Source: Eledone cirrhosa (taxonomy: Eukaryota). Taken from it: 64,000 nucleotides of DNA. Below are positions 37,201-48,156 of this stretch, piece by piece. The translations under genes and the position numbers were made by a program. Every line of letters begins with the position of its first letter. Positions within the stretch are counted from its first letter, which is position 1. The notes beneath the pieces are model-generated. The model made no database searches, had not been told where the DNA came from, and saw nothing but the letters and a program-made list of their open reading frames with translations. The stretch covers positions 163,680,001 to 163,744,000 of the forward strand of contig OZ024743.1 in NCBI GenBank assembly GCA_964016885.1, written 5' to 3'.

Positions 37201-37840
37201 CATTTTTCAAATGCAGGTGGGTGCTATAGAAGTGGTTGATAGCTTCCGGTACCTAGGAGATCAGATTAGCATGGGAGGGGGGTGTTCCGAGGCCATAGTA
37301 TCTAAAATAAGGACGGGTTGGAAGAAGTTCAGGGATCTGCTTCCTCTGTTGACGAAGAGGGTTTCTCCCTGCATACGAAAGGCTGGTTATATGATGCCTG
37401 TGTGAGGAGCACGATGCTGCATGGTAGTGAGACATGGGCAGCAACTGCAGATGATATGCAATGGCTGGAGAGAAATGAGGCAAGCATGCTCCGTTGGATG
37501 TGCAATGTCAATGTGCGTGAACGGCCGAGCATGGATGTGTTGAGATAGAAACTGTCTGAGAGGGATAAATTGTTGTGTGCGGGAGAGGAGACTGCGGTGG
37601 TATGGACATGTGATGTGCATAGAGGATAACCGATGGGTGAAGAAATGCCAGTTGAAGGAAGACGTAGTAGAGGAAGACCACAAATAACATGGGCGGAGGT
37701 AGTGAAAGCAGACCTCAGATCGCTGAAACTCACGGAGGAGATGACAAAGGACTGTGACAAGTGGAGAGATGCTGTGCTGAATAGGACCCATCCCACCCTT
37801 GCAAGCAGGGAAAAGCAGACGTAAAATGATCATGATGATA
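34290..37840 (+). mobile_element. Near full-length RTE LINE, same family as 19805-23520, opposite orientation
   Basis: ORFs 34708-35022, 34991-35629, 35964-36533, 36673-36912 and 36956-37405. Tail atgatcatgatgat at ~37826-37840. Confidence 0.97.
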
Positions 37841-38194
37841 TGTATAAAAAAAAATTATATGTATATATATTATTTTTATACATATATATGTATATATAGT
37901 TATATGATTAGCTGCTTTGCTTGCTCTGGGAGCTGCTGACTTGGTAGTCCTATATTTATTTTCTTCTGTTACAAGTTAGGCTCTCAATCATTTCAGGTGA
38001 AAGCTCTGTGTAATAAAATCTGTGAATGTGTATTTATGTACTTGCTGAAATGTGTTCTTGGTTTCTATGTAAAGTTTTGCAGAGCTATTCACAGGTGTAT
38101 TGTGGTATAAGTGTAAGTGTGACATAGTTGGCTGGTTTTGATAAGAGAGTGCATTGCCCTCACCTTGTCAGCTGAAACCTAGAGACATTGAATA

Positions 38195-38620
38195 CTCTCA
38201 TCATTGACACTATGATATGTTCTGCTGCTCCTTTCATTTGTGACTCAATGATGTGTGCCATGGCTTCTCTCATACTGGCACTATCATGTGTGCCACTACT
38301 CATTTCATCACTGATACAATGATGTGTGCTATGGCTTCTCTCATCATTGGCACTGGCTCTATGATGTGTGCCATCACTCTGTGGTGTGTGCCCCGGTTCT
38401 ATGATGTGTACCATAGCTCTATGTGTGTCATGGATCCCTGACATGTGCCATGGTCCTCTGATGTGTGCCATGGTTCTCTAATCACTGTCTCTATTATATG
38501 CACCATGGCTCTCTGATGGGTACCATGGCTCTGTGACATGGTCCAGTGCTCCTCTCATCACTTGCTCTATGATGTGTGCCATGGTTCCTCTCATCACTGG
38601 CTCTATGTATGTCATGACTC
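38195..38620. repeat. Degenerate minisatellite (core ctatgatgtgtgccatggct, variable ~21-40 bp period)
   Basis: Core motif recurs more than 10 times. Confidence 0.8.
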
Positions 38621-39028
38621 AAAATCAATTATCTTTTAATGGATCAAATCAAGAATATATATAAATAGATGTAATTCTATAGGTACAGTTGACTACTATA
38701 AGCAGTGGGAGGACTGTACTGTGAATGAGTGTTTTGTTTCATTAGTCTTGGTTGTTATAAAAGAGCAGAATGTGTTGGAAATGAAGAGTTTGTATGTTGT
38801 GTAATATATCAGTCAATGGTGATCACATTGTTAGATTATCTGCATATAGAAGAATGAATAGTTTGAATCCTGTCTATGGGCAGGCTTACTCTTCCTGTCT
38901 CAATTCAACCAACTGTCAATAGGAACCATAAATAGGGACATTGTCTCTGACTAAAGTAACTACTACATTATAATTTACAACTAGCTCAACTTTGAAAAGT
39001 TGTCTGAGTTGATATGGCATACATTTAA

Positions 39029-40185
39029 GATCACTGCACTTTTATTTCAAATCCTTGAGACCACTGCACTTTTATTTCAAATCCTGCTGAGACCACTGCA
39101 CTTTTATTTCAAATCCTTGTGAGACCACTGCACTTTTATTTCAAATCCTTGTGAGACCACTGCACTTTTATTTCAAATCCTTGTGAGATCACTGTACTTT
39201 TATTTCAAATCCTTGTGAGATCACTGTACTTTTATTTCAAATCCTTGTGAGACCACTGCACTTTTATTTCAAATCCTTGTGAGACCACTGCACTTTTATT
39301 TCAAATCCTTGTGAGATCACTGTACTTTTATTTCAAATCCTTGTGAGATCACTGTACTTTTATTTCAAATCCTTGTGAGACCACTGCACTTTTATTTCAA
39401 ATCCTTGTGAGACCACTGCACTTTTATTTCAAATCCTTGTGAGACCACTGCACTTTTATTTCAAATCCTTGTGAGATCACTGTACTTTTATTTCAAATCC
39501 TTGTGAGATCACTGTACTTTTATTTCAAATCCTTGTGAGACCACTGCACTTTTATTTCAAATCCTTGTGAGACCACTGCACTTTTATTTCAAATCCTTGT
39601 GAGATCACTGTACTTTTATTTCAAATCCTTGTGAGACCACTGTACTTTTATTTCAAATCCTGCTGAGACCACTGTACTTTTATTTCAAATCCTGCTGAGA
39701 CCACTGTACTTTTATTTCAAATCCTGCTGAGACCACTGTACTTTTATTTCAAATCCTTCTGAGACCACTGTACTTTTATTTCAAATCCTTGTGAGACCAC
39801 TGCACTTTTATTTCAAATCCTGCTGAGACCACTGTACTTTTATTTCAAATCCTTGTGAGACCACTGCACTTTTATTTCAAATCCTGCTGAGAGCACTGCA
39901 CTTTTATTTCAAATCTTTGTGCAACCACTGCACTTTTATTTCAAATCCTGCTGAGACCACTGCACTTTTATTTCAAATTCTGCTGAGACCGCTGCACTTT
40001 TATTATTTCAAATCCTGCTGAGTCCACTGCACTTTTGTTTCAAATCCTGCTGAGACCACTGCACTTTTATTTCAAATCCTGCTGAGACCACTGCACATTT
40101 CATTTCAAATCCTTCTGAGACCACTGCACTTTTATTTCAAATCCTGCTGAGACCACTGCACATTTCATTTCAAATCCTTCTGAGG
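39029..40185. repeat. 32-bp tandem satellite, ~36 units, apparently SINE-derived
   Basis: Unit gagaccactgcacttttatttcaaatccttgt at 39121, 39153, 39185 and onward. The last unit runs into gaggtcaactttgcctttt (SINE body). Confidence 0.97.
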
Positions 40186-40813
40186 TCAACTTTGCCTTTT
40201 ATCATTTCATGTTGATAAAGTATCAGTTCAGTAGTGGCGTAGTTCTCTCTCTCCTAATTTCTGGAAGAAATCAGCTATGTTCAGACATGGAGCAGGATAG
40301 ATTCCACCAAGTTTAAAATTCCCAAGACATGCCTCGTGTCATGACATCACCCATATGACTTCCTCAGCACTTCTTCCCTTTCTCCGTTAGTTTGCGATGC
40401 TACCTTCTAAGCCACTCATAGGCTTGGAAAAAGCAACAGAGATGTAACATTCCTTAGTGTTGCACCACACTTTAGAATCTCTGATCATTTTAACAATCCT
40501 TGCATGCATGCACATGACTTAATCTGATTCCTGATTTAACACCATCTTTTGTTCCTTAACTGCTTTTAGCAGAGTCCATTCTGTTGCAAGCATTTGGGCC
40601 AAGACCACATACCATACCTATAACAAGCTTCATACCTTTATTGTGGTCCTTTTTGTGGCGATGTTTTACAGCTGGATGCGCTTCCTATTATTAACTCTTA
40701 CAGTATGCAAGAACACAATGTAACCATTCTAAACTGGATACATACAGTAATTTAATCTTTATAGTGTATGAATAAACAAAAATAAATAAAACTATCTAAA
40801 ATATTCCTTGCAG

Positions 40814-40978
40814 GAGCTGTTGGAGAAGAAGAGAGTCTTAGCAATATTGATGTTCCTGATGGTATGCAATCAGAAATGGTACAAGACAAACCTAATAAAT
40901 TGAATGCACAGTTAATGTTGGGACCACACTTAAGTAGTTCTAGTCATTCATCTGCAACTAAACTGCACAAAAGCAAAG
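40814..40978 (+). CDS. Putative internal exon B (phase 1-1, 165 nt)
   Basis: Acceptor ttccttgcag|GA, donor AAAG|gtatat. Stop-free (G)AVGEEESLSNIDVPDGMQSEM...KLHKSK. Confidence 0.7.
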
Positions 40979-41449
40979 GTATATATCAGTTCGCTTTCTG
41001 TCTTTTTTTTTTTATTGGTTTCAATCATTATACTACGGCCATGCTGGAGCACCGCTCTGATTTAATTGGTCATATCAACCCCACTACTTATTTTATTGAT
41101 ATCTTTTTGTCGAACCACTGTTATGGGACATAAACAAAAGGACAGACATTGGCATAGACATACGCATATACGCAATCGGAATTTTACATATCATATATGT
41201 GTGTGTGTATTTATATATATGACAAGCCTCTGAAGTTCCTATCTCCTAAATTCCACTCACAAGGCATTGGTCAACCTGGGCCTCTAACAGAAGTCAGTTG
41301 TCCAAGATGCCATACTGTGGGACTGAACCCGAAACTACATGGTTGCAAAGAAAACTCCTTAACCACACAGCTATGCCTGCCAATTATTTGTGAAGATTCA
41401 ACATAATCGTTGCATTGTATTAATAATTATATATACATACACACATATA

Positions 41450-41485
<36 letters not shown>

Positions 41486-41748
41486 GGAGGTGAGTTTTAT
41501 TGTAGTACAATAAAGCAATGCAGATATCGGATAAGAAGCACTCTACAGTTTGTAGGACTGGAGTATACATAATATATAAGATCAAAATATGTTGATTTAA
41601 AACTGCACTATCCACAAGTGTTTTTTAGCCTTCATATCATGTTCTCCTGTTTTATCTGATGAAAACACAAATATTATTGCATGATGATGTTTGTTTTTGA
41701 AATGCGCATAATAAAATACATGGAACTCCTTTAACCATCTTTTGATCT

Positions 41749-41779
<31 letters not shown>

Positions 41780-41824
41780 CATATATATATAAACATATAC
41801 ACACATATACATACATACATTCGG

Positions 41825-43560
41825 ACGTAAAATGATGATGATGAAAAAAATTATGTCCTCTTTTCCATACTTGCATGGGTTGGACGTGTCCTTCTCGGCA
41901 CGACAACTCTCCACACATCGCAATCTTTTGCCATCTCTTCTGTGAGTCTCATCAACTTGAGGTCAACTCTTACAATCTCCACCCAGGCCTTTCTTAGTCT
42001 ACCTTTACCGCATTTTCCTTCCACTATCATTTCCTGGCACTTCTTCACCCAACGATCATTGTCCATACGCACCACATCATCACAAGTCTAAACTAATGCA
42101 GTCTTTTCTCCTGCACACCACCTCGGATTCTTCTTAAATCCAGCTTCTCCCTCAACTCAAGCAATTACAGCCCATGTTTCACTACCATGCATCACAGAAT
42201 TCCAGGAGTTTCAATCCCTCTTCATTTCTCAAGTCATAACCATAGCCACCGTGAACTCCACTGAATCCGTCCTGGTACTGCGCCACAAGTCCACTGAAGT
42301 TGCCTGACAGGATGATGTGGTCTCTTTCATCAATACCTGAAGTTATCTGTAAAAGTTCCTCATAGAACCTATCCTTTTGTTCTTTATTCAGTCCTGCCTG
42401 TGGGGCATACACAGATGTAATTGTCAGCATTCTATTTCCTTCTGCTAATCTAAGCTTGATAATTCTGTTACTTACTCTAACTACTTCTATCACTTTATCC
42501 ATTTCTCAGCCAGCAAGATGCCTACACCTCCTACCCCATCATCATTTCCTACCCAGTAAAGCTTGTATCTATGCTGTTTGCTTGTCAGTAGTCTTGCTGA
42601 AGCACCCCTCCATCTCACCTCTTGTACACAGCAAATGTCTACTTCTCTTCTCTCTAGCAGTTCCATAATTTCACCTGATTTACCTATCAGGATGCCAACA
42701 TTAAGGGTGGCAGTCCTGAGTTTTGTACCTTGTCAGTTACTATTATCTTGGGTAGACACTTTATGGATCTGAAAGGGAAAAGGGTTATGTTATTGCTTGA
42801 TGACGATTGAGGGGTTCTCGCACAAGGCTACTCTAGCCACCCCGCTACCGAGCGCAGCACTAACATGACTTGTGTTAGCCCTGTATATGCAATTTGTGGG
42901 AGTAATGTTTGTTGTACTGTTCATATTTTGGCAGGATTTATCTGGCTGGATGCCCTTCCTATCACCAATCACCTTACTGGGTGCATTATTCATGCCATGA
43001 GCTCTAGAGAGATTGTCTTACTGGATTCTGGTGTCCTCTCCACCCTGTGTTAGTTTTTATTTGGAGTGTCTGTTTTCCTATAAGGATTGCCTTCACTATG
43101 GGTTACTGGGCCCATGTCTACCCTGTGCAGTAGTCTTTAATTGAAGTTACTGCCCTTCTAGACAGGTTGCCTTCACTATGGCTTACTGGGCCCATGTCTA
43201 CCCTGTGCAGTAGTCTTTAATTGAAGTTACTGCCCTTCGAGACAGGTTGCCTTCACTATGGCTTACTGGGCCCATGTCTACCCTGTGCAGTAGTCTTTAA
43301 TTGAAGTTACTGCCCTTCTAGACAGGTTGCCTTCACTATGGCTTACTGGGCCCATGTCTACCCCGTGCAGTAGTCTTTAATTGAAGTTACTGCCCTTCTA
43401 GACAGGTTGCCTTCACTATGGCTTACTGGGCCCATGTCTACCCCGTGCAGTAGTCTTTAATTGAAGTTACTACCCTTCTAGACAGGTTGCCTTCACTATA
43501 GCTTACAGAGCCCACATCTATCTCATACAGTTGTTTTTAATTGGAGTCTCCTAGGCACGC
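41825..43560 (-). mobile_element. RTE LINE with 5' UTR, endonuclease start and 3' end, RT core deleted
   Basis: ORF 42182-42502 is fused at TGCA (42188-42191) to the HGSETW region. ORF 41851-42075. 5' UTR carries 80-bp monomers. Confidence 0.92.
43085..43550. repeat. 80-bp tandem repeat (5 near-perfect units plus degenerate flanks)
   Basis: cttcactat recurs at 43091, 43171, 43251, 43331, 43411 and 43491. Confidence 0.97.
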
Positions 43561-44279
43561 TACCTTCGTTTCAGGTATGGGGTCCACACCTACCCTGGGA
43601 AATCATTTGTAATTTTGGGCTTCTACCATCTTATACAACCTGCTGTCGCACTAGCTCACAATGCTCAGCATCTTCCCTATGGATCATAACTTTAATTTTC
43701 TCATGGGTGGGGGATTAACATTGTTGATGTAGGAAGGGGAAGGTGGTGGGCTGCAAGTGATGTAGAGGGGGGAAGTGTGGTGGTGTGGAAAGCAATAAAT
43801 GGGAAAGGGACAGGTGTAAAGCCATGTCAGCCAAACAGCAAGCCAGCAGGTAGTGGATAGGGGATGGGTGTGAGGGGTGTGGAGATGCTAGAGTGGAAAG
43901 TTATAGCAAGCTAATTCCATGTTAAACATTGGAATAAACATAATAATTGTTTCTACATTTGGCACAAGGCCAGCAAATACTCAGTACATTACTGGTACTT
44001 TATTTTATCGACCCCGTAAGGATGAAAGGCAAAGTCAACCTCGGCGAGATTTGAACTCAGACCATAAAGGGCCGTGGAATAAACATAATAATATGTAATA
44101 GTAATAAATATGAAATTTAACATCAAAATGGTAATAATATGAAAATATATAAATAATAAAGGAAGATCATCTTATCTGAATTGGGATAGGCAACAAAGAT
44201 ATATATATATCAATATGTGATTGATGGCTAAGAGAAAGGACTACTCAATACAGTAGTAGAATTTTAATATTCTGTTAAG

Positions 44280-44508
44280 CCTAAATAGTGAGTCTTGTTA
44301 CTCTGGAGTTTTGCCTGTTTATCACTGCAGTGTCAACTCTGAATGTCGGTGAGCATGTCCAGCTAACCTCAGTCTCCTCTGACTTTCGAACTGACATTTG
44401 GGGGCCTCCTGTACAGCTCTGAGTTTTTCATCCTCAGTGTATTAATGTTCTGAGCCATTCTGAGCATTCTCGTGTAGCACCCATCCACCATCTGAGTGAG
44501 TCTCTTGG
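44280..44508 (-). mobile_element. RTE-X-like LINE C-terminal fragment
   Basis: Minus strand DGCYTRMLRMA...RRLRLAGHAHRH. Confidence 0.65.
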
Positions 44509-45423
44509 TTATAAAGAGTCGGGACCAGACAGCTGAACTCTTGCCATTTCAACAGCTAGTTCCAGACCTGCTGAAATGGCTAGAGCTCTGCCATCGGGTC
44601 CCAATTCTTTATAATATAGCCATACTCTACTACCCCAAGTATTGAGTACTCTGTTGAGTAATTGTCTAACTAGTTTTAAACTGGTTCTATCCACATTCAT
44701 ATATATATATATATATATATATATTGCTGGTTTTGCCTCCAAAACATTTGAAATCAGAACTCCTAGACAGAGCAACTGACAAGTTTCGACCTAATTGGAT
44801 TTCATCAGTTTTAGAAATTAGAACCATGCATACCTTTCTTCAGTCTGTCTGCCACTATTTGCTGTCATACTAACTATGTCCTATCATTTTGCTGTTCTAC
44901 TTACTATGTTTAATAAGATCCATTTAACAATGCTGGCCGTGATTGAAACTTCCACCATCACATTGTATCATTGCTTCAAACACCTTTTTACCTACAAGGC
45001 ACTTGAGGTAATATAGTTGTCTGGTATACAACTAATCATGGTTCAATTCCAATAGGTGTTTCTGTCCATTTTCTTTTTTTTTTGTCAGGTGGCTTCACTT
45101 ACTACCTTACCATTTTGCTGTTCCACCTACTATGTATCACTATTTGCAGTTATATTTACTATCATCATCATCATTTTACACCTGCTTTTCCATGCTTGCA
45201 TGGGTTGGACAGGTCTTCCTCAGTAGAACCTGCTTCCCCTCATTGTGTTCCTTCATCTTCACTTTCGTGAAGTTCAGTGTTTTGAGATCAGCTCTCTCCA
45301 TTTCTGCCCATGTTTTTCTCAGTCTTCTGATGCAGCTTCCTTCCTATGTCTTGACTTTTTACTTTCATACCAACAATATCCTTCCTCTTCTCTCAAACTT
45401 ATGTCACACACAAATACACAAAC

Positions 45424-45458
<35 letters not shown>

Positions 45459-45465
45459 ATTACAG

Positions 45466-45588
45466 ATAGTTTGAAAAAATCTCTACGCAAGATGCGCAGA
45501 TCATTTTTCCCGTTGTCAACCAAAATGGAACAGCGTGGCCGAGAGAGCACACTCAAAGATATCATTTATCTCGCAAAGAAGATTTATG
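45466..45588 (+). CDS. Putative internal exon C (phase 1-1, 123 nt; basic, helical)
   Basis: Acceptor aattacag|AT (weak pyrimidine tract), strong donor TATG|gtaagt. Peptide (D)SLKKSLRKMRRSFFPLSTKMEQRGRESTLKDIIYLAKKIY. Confidence 0.75.
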
Positions 45589-46194
45589 GTAAGTTTTAAT
45601 TTCTCTAATTACACAGCTTGCATTATCACCACTCAACCTTCCACATAAGCCATTAAAAAACCCACTACATATTGGTACTACTTGCAAGAAATAGCAGTCA
45701 AAAACTTAACTCTTAACATCCTGTATCACATGAAACTGCATTGGTGAGATATTCTTGAAAAGTATGATGCAGCACTATAAGTCTTTAGTTTATTGCAAAT
45801 GTTCACACTACTTGTTGTATGACATATGCATAATCGTTTAGATTGAGTTTGGTGAGCCAGACCAAGGCGTCACCTGCAGTATTATGGATTGCCCCCAGGC
45901 AACCAGGAAACCGTTTGAGGGGACAATCCTAAATAACATGCAGCACTGTCTGGTCAGAGTCTCCACAGTTTCATTTTCATTGATGGAGATTAAGGGCTGT
46001 CCTGGCATGAGTTGTGTGGATCCAATTAAGGGACACCCAAATTTCACAAACATTTGAATTAACAAATCTGTTTTTAGAGTTTTTCTTCTAAATCATTACA
46101 GAATGTTAGGAGTTAATTCTTTTAGACAGTAGAGTGTGTGATATGAGGGGGATTTAGCTGTTAAATTTAGCACATTGAACAACCTTATACAAGA

Positions 46195-47108
46195 GTACCA
46201 CAACACCACCACCATCTTTTCATTGCTTAGTACTAACACCATTGCTGCCACAACCATCACCACCGTTACCACCATTACTACCATGACTACCCCCATCACC
46301 GTTATTATCACCACTGTTGCCACTACTACCACTATCATCACCAACACCACTGTCACTATACTACCATTATCACTATCATCACCACCACCAACACCATCAT
46401 CATCACCACCACCATCATCAACTCCACCACCGTCTTCACCACCACTGTCATCACCAGAACTGTCATCAACTCCACCACTGTCATCACCACACCATCATCA
46501 TCACCACCACCGTCATCACCACCACCGTCATCACCACCATCAACTCCACCACCACTGTCATCACACCATCACCACCACCACCACAACCATCATCATCATC
46601 ACCACCACCATCATCACCACCAACACCATCATCACCACCAACACCACTATTATTACCACCAACACCATCATCACCATCAACACCACCACCAACACCATCA
46701 TCATCACCACCACCAACACCATCACCACCATCATCATCACTACCACCATCATTACCACCACCATCATCATCCCCACCACCACCCTCATCATCACCAACAC
46801 CACCACCACTGTTATCACCACACCATCATCACCGCCATCGTTACTACCATCACCATCACCACCATTATCACCAACCCACCACCATCACCATCACCACCAT
46901 TATCACCAACCCACCACTACCACCACCATTGTCACCATCATCATCACTACCAACATCACCATCACAATCATCACCACCATATATTACCACTAACACCACA
47001 ACCACCACCACCATCATCATTATCACCACCACCACTACCATTATCACCACCACCACCATCATCACAACCACCATCTCCCCATCATTATCCTCATCATCAT
47101 CATTGTCA
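46195..47108. repeat. (CAC/CAT)n compound trinucleotide low-complexity tract
   Basis: Directly visible, ~900 bp. Confidence 0.97.
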
Positions 47109-47489
47109 TAGATGGTGAAAGCAGCTAACTTAGCCAGGAAATAAAAGAGTGTCTTAGTAGATGAGACAATGCTTGTTTGCGTGTCCCTGCTGAAAGCCTC
47201 CACCTCCAATGGCTTTCATATACTCCTCTGGAATTTACCTTTATTCCTCTCTTTCCATGCAGAATTCCTGAACAATGGGTTGGAATGGAATTCCTTGGAT
47301 GATTTATGCAGGGATTGTGTGGGGATTTATGAAGCATGGGCGGGGTGTCTCTATTGTCTGAATACTGAAAAGAGAAAATATGAAAAATAGAGAAAATAGG
47401 TTGGTGTATTGCGTTGGATAGGTAGATAGAGAGACTGGTGGATGGATAGATATCTATAGATAGCCGTATAAAAAGGGGCAGGGCATCAA

Positions 47490-48156
47490 AGTTGATGGAA
47501 GCTATAGTGTAGAAAGACTTGGGATGAGGTGATAGAAGCTGACCTTGCACAATTGTACCTCTGGAAGGCAATGACACAGGATTGAGATCTCTGGCGTTAT
47601 GCAGTAATACAGAGACACGCCTTCCCATGTGCTTGGGTTGAAGCATATATCTTGTTTACACTACCTCCCCCTTCCTCCTTCCATACACAACCTCGTCCTA
47701 ACACTAACACTCCACCCTTCATCTGTGTCCCTCCATCTCCCTTGCATCTCCCAAGTTCTAACACCCCACCCTTCATTCACGTTCTTACACCCCCACCCTA
47801 GATCTACCTCACTAGTCCCTATGTACCTCCCCTACACCATCCCCCAGTCAACACAGTAAAGTGGTTGTTTTGTTGCCATGGCAAAAAGTGCCCAGTACAC
47901 TGTAAAGTGATCATCATGGTGCCACGATAAAAGGCACTCAGTCCACACTGTAAAGTGGTTGTGCAGGTGTCACAACAAAAAGGACCCAGCCCACACTGTG
48001 GTTGGCGTTAGGAAGGGCATCCAGTTGTAGAAACCAAGCCAGAAACAGTCCTGTACGAGCAAGACACGGTCATCTGACCTGGCTTGTCTCACAATGGGAC
48101 AACTCGTCTAACCCATGCTAGCATGGAAAAATGGACGTTAAATGGTGATGATGATG
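47490..48156. mobile_element. RTE 3' fragment and RTE-related non-autonomous element with (ATG)n tail
   Basis: Reverse-complement homology to 15133-15680. ttaggaagggcatccag motif. Confidence 0.8.

Noticed and set aside
19805-37840. Active autonomous RTE or a prokaryote-type RT system (retron, DGR)
   Set aside because: All copies have stops or frameshifts (two have YANDL instead of YADDL). The RTs are ordinary eukaryotic non-LTR types.
39029-40185. CRISPR-like array of 32-bp repeats
   Set aside because: Units are head-to-tail with no unique spacers, there are no cas genes and the context is eukaryotic. It is a satellite.
46096-47209. Long His/Thr/Pro/Val-rich ORFs (mucin- or extensin-like)
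   Set aside because: All frames are open because (CAC/CAT)n lacks stops. No splice or domain evidence.
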